A DNA stretch of 64,000 nt from Basidiobolus meristosporus CBS 931.73. Taxonomy: Eukaryota > Fungi > Basidiobolomycota. The translations under genes and the position numbers were made by a program. The stretch covers positions 1-64,000 of the forward strand of contig MCFE01000216.1 in the NCBI GenBank assembly GCA_002104905.1, read 5' to 3'. Under the pieces are notes generated by a model that was given only the letters and a program-made list of their open reading frames with translations, had not been told where the DNA came from and made no database searches. Shown here piece by piece: positions 13,321 through 26,440 of the stretch (position 1 is its first letter; each line of letters starts with the position of its first letter).

Positions 13321-14592
13321 ATGCCAATATACTGCTGTGTAAGTATCCAAATCCATTGCTATGGTCCCCATACCAAGCCTCAACTCATCTTTAGTACAAC
13401 CCAGACAAAACCCATCCCCCAGCTCACAAGCATGGTCTGGACCGGAAAAGTCAATGTTGGATCTGTTTGAGTTCTTGCCAAATGACTTTAATATGGCCCA
13501 AGTGTCTATGATGAGCCTTCATACAGATATTTGGGCACTACTGATTAATCTGGCAGAACTAGATACCTCAGAGAGTTGACAAAGATGGAAGAATTTGAGT
13601 AGAAAGCTGTGGCATGAGTTCTACATCAAGATGCCAGCCAATATATGTAAGAAGATATATAACAAGACAAGTATTGAAATCAAGAATGAGCTGAGAGTGA
13701 GGGGATTTGACAAAGAAGCCGCGCGGGAACAATTTTGCGTGCAATTTGCACAGTACGGGCCGGACGTGTCCATTTGTGCCTCAACTTTGGGAACCAAAGA
13801 GATTTTGAATGAGTTTTTGCCTCAAATGACTAATGTACTATGTGATATATTAGTAGAGCAAAGTGGCTTCCAAGAGCAATATACACAGGACTCATCCAGG
13901 CAACAGCTCCAAAGTATCAGACAGAGGGTAAGTGAATACCTTGAGGAATCAGATGGTGAGCTTCAGGAGGAAGAATACAGACCACAAGCAACATTGTCCA
14001 GATCATGCCAGCATGCCTTGCTGGATTCCCTACCATCTTTGCAGCCACAGCGTGCCGGCGCACATCAGTCCAGACTATGCCAACACCCTTTACCAGAACG
14101 CCCCGCATTGAGTCAACGCGCGCGCTTCAGAGCAAAACTACAAGAACTTGCCAAACTGCTCATTTAGACACAAGTCCATTGGAGCGGACCAAGTTGTGTC
14201 AACATTCAGCATCACATCAAACTCTGCCAAGGGCCATCTCAACGTGTCAAGGCGCGCTTGCACGTGCCATTTTGCCTGACCATCAGCAAGTTACCTCTGG
14301 TGAACTGACTGATGATGACCAACATGAAGTGCCTCAACCACCGGAGCCCTTAGCAAGTAAAAGAACGCGTCAGCGTGTGGCACTACAGGCCGGTTCAGTT
14401 GGTTCAGTCAGAGCAATTCAGCGCGGCCAAGCTGCAGCATTGCACTCATCAACTAGGAGGCAAAATACTGACTACAAATACACAAGTAGCCAAGATGATA
14501 GTCAGCCAGGAAGTAGTATAGGTGTGCAAAGTGAGTCACTACCAAATGCTTCAGTAGTAATCCCTGTGAGAAAAAAACCCAGGAAAAGATGA
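13321..14592 (+). pseudogene. Myb/SANT-like accessory ORF of the Harbinger element, copy 2
   Basis: ORFs 13361-13579, 13595-14167 and 14005-14592; shares the TGA before QRWKNL with copy 1; ends KKPRKR. Confidence 0.6.
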
Positions 14593-15333
14593 TGCAATTG
14601 CTTTGAATTGCTTACATTTGTAATGATCCCAACAACCCATTTTTTTGCAATCTAAATCAAGCCATTGCAAATCAGTGATCAGCAAATTTTTGTTATAAGT
14701 AATATCAAGGTCGTCTCACATGTGAGACAGAACCCCTATAAATAAACACCCTGCATATATATACATCATCTGTAATACCAGTGCAGCTATTGGATCTGTT
14801 TTGCACCTACACAATTGCTTGCATGCTAGCTATGACACCTTGTCCAATCACTAGGATCAGGGATTTACTTGCTCAATGGGCAAAATGGGATATTTGATGG
14901 CAAATCAGGTAGCTTTTTTAGTAGTCAATGAGCCAATTGGGGGCTGCCAGCTTCAGGATATTTTTGGACCAATTAACCACTGATATACCGTCCAATTGGA
15001 GTGAGGGTAGCCAAAATGGTAAGTATCAGGGTAGTTTATAGTGTGATACACATTTATTTCCACTTACATTAAAGAAACATATCCAAATACCGGATTTACC
15101 TGCCATAATAGCGGTATCCTATTGTGCACATGATGCAAACATTACAAGTTGGCGCAATCATCCGTGCCAACCTCATTGTGACAGATTGTGCCATAGTGTA
15201 CAAGATTGTCCTGCATAGTGCAAAATTGTCCATGAACAATCCTGCCTTCTGGTAGCTATAATATTGCGCACAATTGTTCTTTACAACTGCAGATTGCACC
15301 ACGCACCCTGGCATGGTACAATGGAACAAGTCT

Positions 15334-15414
15334 ATTCTGTAAATCATCAAGTGAAAACCACATAATCTACTTGTTCTCCAAATCACTTCCAATATCTCCA
15401 AGACTCTTACAACA
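15334..15414 (+). repeat. Copia B 3' LTR, right part
   Basis: ATTCTGTAAATCATCAAGTGAAAACC...CTCTTACAACA matches the LTR end at ~22375-22455. Confidence 0.9.
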
Positions 15415-16192
15415 GTTTCCACACTCCTTACTTCCCAACTCAACTGTTTCTCTTACTTTTCATGTGTAGGAATTGATTTATTCCTATTGAAAATTCAGTT
15501 GTACCTCAATTGCTAATTGTAGTGACCTATACAAGTCTTTATACCCTACACCAACATTAAGCCCAACCCTGGTGCATTTTCTTGGGCACTGCTCTTGAAG
15601 AAGTGCTGCAAACTCTTGGTGTGCCTATTAATTTTCCAAAACTCCACTGAAGGCATTGTGATAGTCATTTGAGCTCTTGATGTTGTAGCCTTGTCTGTCA
15701 GTGGGATTTCCACTCTGTCAGCAATGGAGGATGTGGAGGCTGTGGTAAGCAAATTGTCTTTTTCTGCAAGCTCATCTACCTTGCTGGAGTGTTGCTCAAC
15801 TGGCAGCACTTCCAACTCTTATGAAAAGAGCTGCTTTCTTGTTGGTAATTCTTCTTGGCTATGATGGGATTCAGTCTGTTTCAAGCTTGCGGTGTAGTGG
15901 GGTGACAGTGACACCCACTGCCAGATGTGCTCATTCCCTTATTTTCTACTTCCCTATATCTCTACTACACTTATTTTAGTTTTATCCCATTTGTCTTACC
16001 TGATCAGTACTATCCCATAAGCCAGTTGACTATCACACCTGCTTACCTTATTGCATAAGTTACCCCTCACTTTATGTAAGATTAATAGCTGTAAGTGCTT
16101 CTATATTAGGCAAGTACCTGTGCATTACCTGTGACACATGGTGAACCCATGTCACCATCCCTACCATTTCCATACCATATATGGTATCCCTA

Positions 16193-16962
16193 TGTTACAC
16201 AGGTCTCAGAATATTGATTCCTGATTGGTTGGATGTGCTGTGCCTCTTGGAACCTTCTGGCACCTACTTAGAACATTCTTAGGTCATTCTGATGTCATTA
16301 AGATTTTTATTGATATCCAGAACCTTCTGGAATACCATGATTAGTAATCACTTAGCCAGTGAGAAAAGTATATAAGGGAGGCTATCCCTCAACAATAAGT
16401 TATCATCCCTTTTATCAATATACCAACTTGTTGATTAGTGTGATCACTGATACCTGCTGCTACCTGACCTTCCAACCCTAGACCACAGGACACTCCCAGG
16501 AAACTGTGCTGACAGCCAACTGACCTTGGAGGCACCACTTGTGAGGAATACTCGGAGTATGTATCTTTTATTATATTTGATTCTTTCCCAAGTTTGTTCT
16601 TGTACAGGCAAAGATACTTTTCTGTCTTTGTAACTATTGACCACAGCTGCATTCTTATCAGGTCCCTGCTGGTGGAGTTCACAGTTGTCTTGACTTTGGA
16701 AGCTTTAGTTCATTGTCATCTCAAAGGATGCTGAACCCAGTACATACTTTTGTTAAGACACCAACTAAGTTGGGGATTGTAGCTCAATAGTTTTCCCTTG
16801 ACAAGCTTGTGGCTTTATTCCCCTTCACATTAGATTAGAGACAGAACCCAAGTATTCCTAGCAAGCTTTTGCCAGAGGTTATTGCACCCAGTGAACCCCC
16901 CACACACAAAACACTTAAGAAGTGTTGGACATATCTCTCCCTTGGACCTATACACCCCCACA
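16193..16962 (+). repeat. Unclassified LTR-like repeat (left end approximate)
   Basis: TG...CA termini, TATATAAGGG box at ~16380, repeated GAACCTTCTGG motifs, partial inverted copy at 1415-1854; no TSD found. Confidence 0.4.
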
Positions 16963-17061
16963 GCAGCATTAATTGGCTAGAACTGCAGTTTTTTTTGCAT
17001 GCCCCCTATCTCAGGTGTGGGCAGACATTTTTCCCTTTACCATTTCCTTTATCACCGCCAG

Positions 17062-18417
17062 GTCATTCGCTGCTACTTTGTCTGAGTGTGCCTTTTAATG
17101 AACTATGTTCTCTCATTAATAAATTCTGCTCTGATGCATCTGTTTTGGCCTGCATGACCCTTGCTGACACTCTCCTGGCAACCTAATCTTTCTTTTCTGC
17201 TTGTTTAGAGCTTTCAACCATAGTTGTGACAGGCTCCTGTAAAAGCCACTGGTTTTTATCATTGCCAGGTTACTTCACTGCAACTCTGACTGAGTGCTTC
17301 TTGAATGGTACTATGCTTTATCCTTGATAAATGTTGTGCTGGTGCATCCATGTCTGCCTGCTTGTCCCTAATTGGCACTCTTCCAGCTACCTGACATCTC
17401 TTTGATGCTTGTCAGGAGCTTCTGGCCCTGCTTGTAACAGGCTCTTGAGGAAGCTGCTGGTTTTTAGCCATGGCACCTTTATTCTTCAGCCTTTGATAGT
17501 TTCTGCTATTCTTAAGATACTTTCTTAGTGTACCAATGCTGGCCCAAAATCCCTTTGCCTGTTTGAATCCAGGTTAATGCTCATGGAACAAGTCAAGTGC
17601 ATTCTGCTTGGCCTTGAGTTCCTGATGGTCCCATGGTATGCCAGCCTTAAGGTGGTAGCATGCTAGACTTCTAACAGCTTCCTGAATATTAGTCTACTTT
17701 TCATTATTGCACTCAACAGCTTCACAGATCTTCAATGTTTTCTGATTTTTGGGCTTTGGTATAAACACCAAATTGTCTCACTCCCATACTGTGATAGACA
17801 TTTCTTTGGGCTTTGTCTTTGGGCACTGTGTTTGTGCTTCAAGGACTGTATAGTGTTCCTCTGCTGTAACATTAGAAAATGGCTCAAATCTTGGCTGCAA
17901 CATTGAGCTACTTGAGTTCCTTCTTATAGCAAAGATACTGCTTTCTCTACCTGGGATATTGATTTCTCCACATGTATTTTCTGCTCATCCTGCTTCTGGA
18001 CTATTGCCTGACTTCTCTGAGCCATTGCATCTATCCTATCAGCCACTACATCTAATTGCTTCATTGATGCTTTGGTATGAGTTGAAAACATACTTGCTAA
18101 TATGGATGGTGGTGATGTTATGATGGCTACTTGCTGGTCTTCAACAGAGGGTATATGTTTGCTACATTCTCATCTACCTAAGCATAATGGTCAGCGTGTG
18201 GCTCCACAGAGGTTCTCAATTGCTTACTTGATGGAGAGCCTGAGGAGTCCGCATTATCACCTTCAGTGGGCACACTGTTAACATGGCCTTTTTTGGATAT
18301 AGCCCTGCTGGTTGCACTGAATTTTAAAGCAAGCTGTTGTCCAACTGTGCTTCTGCTGCTGTTAGTGGTGATGTTTGGTTGGGAACCAGACATCTTTGCT
18401 TTATTTTTTGGTAGCAT
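17062..18417 (-). pseudogene. Degenerate accessory ORF of a CACTA-like element, divergent from its transposase, with a ~200-bp tandem duplication at 17062-17470
   Basis: Broken frame reads IPWDHQELKAKQNALDLFHEH*PGFKQAKGFWASIGTLRKYLKNSR; second copy at 1-1280; lies head-to-head with the Tnp2 relic. Confidence 0.45.
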
Positions 18418-18583
18418 ATATATGGAAGTGAGTCAAACTAAAGGGGAAATAGTATTACATATACATGAGTATGTGGTGCCACAACTCTATTTATAATGCT
18501 GTCTACAGCAGGTCATCATTGAATCTTACATTCATGTAGGTGCAATGTCTCAAATACAAGACTGTCTTAAGTTCCCATGAATA

Positions 18584-21225
18584 TTGACCTGGCTCTCTTT
18601 GTCACATGGGCAAACTGAGTCAGGTGAGTTTGTGATGCCTTTAGGCTCACCTCAGCCTTCTGAATATGGCACACAGAGAGATAGCTCTGATGAAGCAGGC
18701 TCACTGATGGATTGTAAGCCTATCTCTCCTAACAAGAGTACCACATATGAGCCCAGTCAAATCCCAATGTACAATGAGACTACACCTGTTGACACAAGTG
18801 CCAAGGATACTTTATGGAGCCAAGTGAGCCCAGTAATCCTTCTACTGGTGAATGATGTAATGTTGAGGCTACCAAAGTGACATGTTTCCACTAATATCAA
18901 TAATGGTGGCTATGAGGATTTATTACTACTTCTTGCCAAAATCATTCTGGGATGCAATTTACCATGTACATGGTACAAGTGGAGATTTGTCATGCAGTTA
19001 GCAACATGTGATCCAGACACTGTCCTTATTCCAGTGCGTGTTGACAGTTGCATGGCATTCACACCCAAAAATGCTACCATTGCAATATGTCCAAATTGTC
19101 AGGAATCCACCACCACTGAGGGAAAACATTGCTCACACTCCAGATATATTCTGGCAATATCCTGTCTAAAAAAGCTAGTGCAGTCTGACAAATATTGCAA
19201 AGCTATACAGTACTACACTCAGTATCAATCAAGTGCAAACATATCCAATATATTTGATGGCAAACCATACAAGCAGCTAAGAAGCAAGGGCTACTTTGAA
19301 GGTAAGTATGATCATGCCTTTGCTTTGCACTTGATGGATTCTCATTAAACAAGTACTCTTCCAGCAAATCCTTCTGGCCACTGATTCTCATCAATCTGAA
19401 TCTGCCACCCATCTTACAGTATCAGAGCAATAATCTGATGGTAGTCCCACTGGTGTCTGGGCCTAAATCACCGTCTAGCCTGGATAGCTACCTGTATCCA
19501 TTGCTGGATGAATTTTGTATGCTTTCCAGGGGGATAACAGTAAATGGCCATCATGTAAAAGTGCATACTATTATCTGCATTGAAGATACCCCAGCCATCA
19601 GCAAGATAGCAGGTTTTTCTGGGCACAATGTACAGTATTGCTGTTGAATGTATGATATCCAGGAGATTTACTCCATAACTCACACACATTATTATTACTC
19701 AAACACCAGCACTAAGAACATCATCTCCCCACAGAGAGGACTTATAGAAGTCAGCATGCTATTGCAGTAGAGCTGACAAGCTACAAGCCATTGGCCAGAA
19801 TATGGAATCCATTGGAAACCAGATATACTTACAATAGAGGGTATCTCCTGAAGCAAAAGCTTTCCACTGGGAGCAATGCATTTGCATTTCAACAATATCC
19901 TTATACTGATGACCTAATTGTACATGGGGAATTTCAAGCTAAATGAGCCCTTTGAGATATTGGAGAAATTTGAGACTGCAGATACAGAGTATCTGCTACC
20001 CTAAGTACTTCTCACAGGGTCCAATCTATACTCATATGCATATGTGACAATACAGATTCAAAGACTGGATGATCAAGATATGTATTTATACAAGTGGTGC
20101 TCTGATGCTATTACTACCAAGAGTACATTGGAAGCATTGGGTGTCATATGTGGACATTGTAGGAATATTTATCCAGAAGCAGATCACTAATGTTGACTTG
20201 ATGTATCTACAGCTGTTGTGCAAGGAGTTTGTTATGCCATATGAGTGTCTATACCACAAACATAAAGCTGAACTTGTAGATCTCTGCCACCACTGTATCC
20301 AATATCTACTCCATCTTGCACAGTGTGTGGAGAATATTGGGCCTTGCTTTGCCTTTTGGGAGTTTCCTATGAAGTGGATGTGTGGGGAGATAGGAAGACA
20401 AGTCAAGTTGCAGGTACTACCATATCCCAATCTTATCAGAAATATTACCTTCAAGTCTGTCATGGATGGGAAGAGTTGGCACATGGAGGACAGCTAGGAA
20501 GAGTGGGAAAATACTGAGGACAGATGTGCACAAGGAGACACCAATGCCTATGGCATCAAGAAGCTAAGCAGCCCCAATGCATGGGTAATCAGTTAGGTAA
20601 TGCAAAGTTGGGTAGGGTGCAACAAGCAACTAGCTTTTATTAGGAAGACTCTGCAAAGGTATGCTGGATTTTCTTGGGCACCAGCCAATATCTACATCAA
20701 TCAATATGGAATACACACAAACAAGAGCCAGAACACACCTATAAGAGGGATGAGAATATAGTTGTGAGAAAGACTATTTTGGCTAAATACCGCAAAGTTC
20801 TTTGCAGAAATTCAGTAGGTTTTCATGGCAGAAGTGGCAGCAACCAGGCATATGTTTGCAAAAAATATAGGTTACCTGCAATACAAGGAATATGGCCACT
20901 TTGCAAGCATCACACTAAAAAGCTGCAATACTTATTAAGAAAACTCTACCAAGGTATGCTGGATTTCTCATGGTCACAAGCCATCTTCCACACCATTCAA
21001 TATGGAATTCACACAAATAAGAGCCAGAGTGCTCCTATATGGGGGACTAGAGTCCGGCAGGGAGAAGGAATCTATTGGCTAAATACCAAAAAGTTCTTTG
21101 CGGATATTCAGGAGGTTTTCATGGCAGAAGTGGCAACAACCAAGCATATGTTTGCAAGATGTATATGTTACCAGCAGTACAAGGTATATGGCAACTTGAC
21201 AAGTATCACACTAAAAAGCCGTAAA
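18584..21225 (+). pseudogene. En/Spm (CACTA) Tnp2/Transposase_21-type transposase relic with a DUF4218-like C-terminal region
   Basis: DSCMAF..CPNC, NIFDGKPY, GPKSPSSLDSYLYPLLDE, DTPAISKIAGFSGH and HLAQCVENIGPCFAFWEFPM motifs; many stops; ~296-bp tandem duplication at 20641-21225. Confidence 0.85.
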
Positions 21226-21849
21226 ATTGAGGTGAGAGAAGTGTGTCAATTGTGGCAGGTGTGCAGGTTTGTAGAGGTTGGTAACCTGGAGACCATAATA
21301 TTTTTTGATTTAAGTTATATTTGGAATACCCAAGGTAGTGGTGGGTAAGCAAATAAACAGGGATAAAATATACAGTGGATCATATGAATTACAAAAGGCA
21401 AGGTAGAAAATGGAAATACCATTTGGTAAATTGGTACAGTAGCATTATACAAAACTATCTGTAGGCCACCATACTGCCATCATAATGCCATTAGAGTCTT
21501 GCTGTGAGGCTATTGAAATACTGTCAAGTTTCTTGCCATATAAGGCAATTGGATATCCTGGCTGGTTGGATCCATCTGAAATAGTTGAAGAGCGCAATAA
21601 GACCACAACAATGCCATGCAATTATCTTTATAGCACCAATCAAATCTTGTCAAGTTTTATAACTTTATTTGGCAGTAAGATTAGCAAAGTGCTGTTGCAA
21701 ACCCATCTTAAGATTGCTAAGAGGGTCACTAATTCCACACTGCTGGTATTATGATGGTCTCTAAATGGGATCTTGATGGCTGATCTGGATTGGATCCACT
21801 TGCAGGACCAAATCATTCTTCATAGGGAACTTTTTTAGCTTGAAATGCC

Positions 21850-22107
21850 TCATGTACAACTTGGTCATTAGTATAGGGATACTGTTGAAGTGCAAGTATG
21901 TTGCTCCCAGTGGAAAGCTTTTTCTGCAACAGATTCACTCTAACTTTGGGATTGCCATTTTTGATTAATTCCATGTTATGGCCAATGGCTTTTAGCTTGC
22001 TAAGTTTTCTGCAATTGCATGCTGAATTCTCTATGTACTCTCTGTGGTAAGATGATGTTCTTAGTGCAGGTTTGGATTATAATAATGTGTGTGAGTCATG
22101 GAGTAAG
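21850..22107 (-). pseudogene. CACTA transposase relic (downstream part, split by the copia insertion)
   Basis: Reverse complement aligns with ~19665-19950; joins 26674 onward across the TSD. Confidence 0.75.
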
Positions 22108-22455
22108 TGTTGTAAAAATTTGTAATTCCACCTAAATATTCACCTAACTTAGTCACTTAGATCATCACCTTCAAATCCTAGAGAATACTGACCAAATTCC
22201 TTGTTGGGATTTACTTAAAATATTTTCACCAAAATACCAGGTACCCAGAACATGAAATTCCCAAAGTTGTCCAAACAGCCCCAAACTTTGCACACATGTT
22301 CTTGGGACCTTCCTTAGCCTATTCTACGTGTCTGTAATGCCAAGACCATGTAAAAGTATCAATACTACTTTTATATTCAATAAATCATTAAGTGAAAACC
22401 ACATAATCTACTTGTTCTCCAAATCACTTCCAATATCTCCAGGACTCTTACAACA
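22108..22455 (+). repeat. Copia B 5' LTR (348 bp, TGTTGTAA...TTACAACA)
   Basis: Inverted terminal 8-mers; TATA-like and AATAAA boxes; followed directly by the PBS. Confidence 0.95.
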
Positions 22456-22467
22456 GGTTATGAGCCC
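22456..22467 (+). other. Primer-binding site of the copia (tRNAi-Met internal-fragment) type
   Basis: GGTTATGAGCCC abuts the LTR end and resembles the Drosophila copia PBS GGTTATGGGCCC; variants at 27539-27550 and, inverted, 29781-29792. Confidence 0.8.
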
Positions 22468-25400
22468 CAAGCTGTCACTCTCTGCAATGTCTACTACTGC
22501 TATTACTGGAATTTTTCCCTCTGCTGAAAAGTTGAATGGCTATAACTACCAAGTGTGGAAGGTGAAGATGAGATGCTGCTACAAGAAATAGGCCTTTGGG
22601 ATATTGTCATGGGAGAAGAATGCCCCCCTAAAAATGTGGGAGAGGAAGCCTTAAAGTACCAGAAAAAAGAACAAAGTGCCTTTAACTGCATTTGCCTTAA
22701 TGTCAAGGACAAATTGCTAATTCAATGCTCAAGAGCAAAAACAGCAAAGAATGCCTGGAAGGCATTAGAAGACACCTACCATTCATGTTCAGCTGCCAAG
22801 AAAGTGTATCTGAGAAGAAAATTCTTTACTACAAAGATGCTGCCAGGAGAAGAAATGAAAAATCTAATTAACAGAATTACCCTGCTAGTAGATGAGATGG
22901 AATCTGTAGGCGTACCAACTACTGATGAGGATGTGATAGTTACCATCCTGAATAGCCTGACAGATGAGTTTCACTGCCTTGTATCAGCCCTAGAGTCCAG
23001 AACTGAAGATATGACCTTAAATTACGTATATGGAAGGCTCCTGGATGAAGAATTAAGAAAATCAAGCGCCAATAAGAAAGAAGAAGAAAATGCTTTAATA
23101 AGCAATGATAACCAACAAAGGAGGTACCCATGACCCTACAAAGGCAACAGTAACCTATTTTGCAACTACTGCAAAAGGAAAGGACACACATCAGACCGGT
23201 GTCTCAAAAAGAGTGATTATCAGCAAAAGAAGCCTGAATATGGAAATGCTGCAACAACTGAAGATAGACTATTCATATCTGCACTAAATATGACCACAAA
23301 CAAGGATTCTTAGACGTGGTATATTGACTCTGGAGCTTCTCAACACTTTACACACCAAAAAGAACTTTTTACCCAATATCAAGAAATTCCAATTAAGAAG
23401 GTTTTCATGGGTGACAATAGAACACTTGATGCAGTGGGAGAAGGAACTATCCAAGTAAACCTTAGAAGCAGTGAAGGAAGCCATACACTGACCTTTAAAG
23501 AAGTACTCTATGTACCAGAAATAGCCAAGAACCTACTCTCTGTAAGCAAGGCCACAGCAGAAGGACTCAGTTTCAGTTTTGACAATTCTGGATGCAGGAT
23601 CACTGATCAAAATGGTGCTCATATTGCTTTGGGCATCAGAGATCAGAATCTATACAAGTTGACTTATATTCCATCATATCTGGAAGCCAATATAAGTAAC
23701 TTAAGTGAAGAAACACCAATGCTTTGGCACAGGAGATTTGGGCACATCAATTTTGATTATTTGTGCAAAATGATCAAAGATCAGCTAATTTCTGGAGTAA
23801 AAGTTGATCCCCCAGCTAATTTGGAGCACTGTGAAGCCTACATATATGGGAAACAAGCCAGACAGCCGTTCAAGAGCTCTGGGTTAATCAAAACTAAGAA
23901 AAAATTAGATCTAATTCACTCAGATCTGTGTGGACCTATGCAAAATTTATCCTTGGGCGGGATGAAGCATTTAATCACTTTTATTGATGATTATACAAGA
24001 TATACATGGGTCTACTTCATGGAGAGAAAGGAAGAGGCTCTGTCTAAGTTCAGGGAGTTTAAAGCCATGGTGGAGAGAGAAACTGGTGAAAAAATCAAGA
24101 AAATATGCTCTGACAATGGTGGAGAATATACCTCAAAACTCTTCATCCACTTCTGCAAAATTCATGGGATAAAGCAAGAGACTACTGTACCATACTCCCC
24201 ACAGCAAAATGGAGTAGCAGAACAAGCTAACAGATCAATAATTCATATGGCAAGATCTATGATCCATGATCAAAAATTATCCCATGATTATTGGGCGGAA
24301 TCAGTTGCCACTGCTGTATACCTCAAAAATAGGAGTTATAACAGAATACTTTGTGATTCTACTCCATTTGAAGCATGGTATGGATACAGACCAAGTGCAG
24401 AACATCTAAGAATATTTGGGTGTACAGCATATGCCAAAAAACTGGCCGGAAATCAGTCAAAATTTGAGCCAAAAAGTGTAAAATGCATATTTTTGGGCTA
24501 CTGCAATGAGAGTAAGGCATACAGACTCTACAATACCAAAGCAAAGAAGCTGATCAAGTCCAGGGATGTGTTGTTTGATGAAAATTCAAAATTTTCACAA
24601 AAAATGACATCAGATGATGACAAAAATTTGATCTCAAGTCCACCAATTGTTAGGATTGAATCAGAGCAAAACAATGAAAATTTTTTCACTCCAGAGGACT
24701 CTACAACCGTGGTCAGCCTGAATCAGTGCCCAGGAATATCCCAGAAGTGATCATTCCAGTATCAAATGCCCGGAGATCCAATTGGACAAGAAATAGCCCA
24801 AATTACTATATCAATGAGGGTACAAACTTAGCCTATGCCTATTCAGTCCATATTGATGAACCCCAGACTGTAAAAGAGGCCCTAAATAGCCCTCAGACAA
24901 AGTTTTGGGGATCTGCAATGACTGAGGAATATCAGGCCCTAATGGAAAAGCAAACTTGGGACTTAGTCAAATTACCAATCAACCAAAAATCAATTGGATG
25001 CAGATGGGTCTTCAAGACAAAATACAAGGCTGATGGCACAATTGAAAGATACAAAGCAAGACTTGTAGCCAAAGGATACTCTCAAACAAAAGGACTTGAC
25101 TATACTGAGACCTTTGCACCGGTAGCCAAGTTTAACTCCATCAGATTAATATTGGCTATTGCAGCCAAATATAAGTTTTTTATTCATCAAATGGATGTAA
25201 AAACTGCATTTTTGAATGGAGAACTTGATAAGGATGTGTATATGGACCAGCCTGATGGGTTTATTGACCAAGATAACCCCCATTTGGTCTGCAAGCTTAA
25301 AAAGTCACTATATGGTCTCAAACAATCACCAAGAGCCTGGAATTGCAAGATAGATTCTTATTTGGAATCTATGAGTTTCAAAAGAAGTAATGCTGACTAT

Positions 25401-26440
25401 AGTATATACTATAAGCCAGATAGAGCAAATCCAGTTCTATTAGCTCTATATGTGGATGATCTTATTATAGCCACCAAAAACCTAGAAACATTGGAAGAGA
25501 CTAAATCCAGCCTATCTCAGGAGTTCAAGATGTCCAATCTAGGAGAACTTAGTTACTACTTAGGGATTAAGTTCTCCATAGACAGAAGTACCCAGACTAT
25601 CACCCTAAGCCAATCCAAGTATATTCAAGATATATTAAAGAAGTACAAAATGGAAGACTGTAAACAGGCAGCTACCCCAATGGAGACAAACCTTAACTTG
25701 GTCAAAACTCAACCAAATCAAGAGAGCTTGGTGCCATCTGAAAGCCCTGACTTTCCTTATCAATCTATGGTCGGCAGTCTGCTGTATATCATGCTTGGAA
25801 CACGTCCAGATATCTCATATTCAGTGGGAGTTGTCAGCCAACATAATCAGAATTATGGATCTGATCATATTGCAGCAGTTAAGCGGATTTTTAGATACCT
25901 AAAAGGAACTGCTGATTTCTGCTTAAGATACACTTATAAGGATTCAGAACAGGATCTTGTGGGATACTCTGATGCTGATTGGGGACAAAATTTGGAACAC
26001 AGAAGATCCACCATAGGATACACCTTTCTTTACTGTAAAGGAGCAATTTCATGGAATTCAAGAAAGCAACCAACCGTAGCACTTTCTACTACAGAGGCAG
26101 AGTATATGGCAGCCTGTGAAGCTACAAAAGAAGCAATGTGGTTAAGAAAGCTCCTTACAGATTTAGGCCTATGTCAAAAAATGCCTATTACTTTATTTCA
26201 AGATAATCAAGGATATATACAATTAGGTAGAAATCCAACTTTTCATGCTAGAACCAAGCACATAGATATTAGACATCATTTCATACGTGAAGCTATAGAG
26301 AATAACTTAGTTAGCTTAGTTTACTGTCCTACAGATGAAATGATTGCAGACATATTTACCAAACCATTAGCTAGAGACAAGTTTGAATATCTTAGGTCAA
26401 AATTAGGACTAGTCAGTATGAACATTTGGCTGAGTGGGAG

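Larger units (their letters stand above)
12213..15333. mobile_element. PIF/Harbinger-type DNA transposon, copy 2 (tandem, lacks the left ~275 bp and left TIR)
   Basis: Colinear with 9078-12212; right TIR at 15319-15333 followed by ATT and then the remaining LTR. Confidence 0.85.

Noticed and set aside
15546-15815. 89-aa minus-strand ORF after the copia LTR
   Set aside because: No recognisable motif, not repeated in the window, no supported start codon.
15891-15899. GGTGTAGTG (CACTACACC on the minus strand) as a CACTA terminal repeat
   Set aside because: No partner TIR or 3-bp TSD was found.
21485-21754. 89-aa ORF between the CACTA relics
   Set aside because: No recognisable motif; embedded in decayed repeat sequence.
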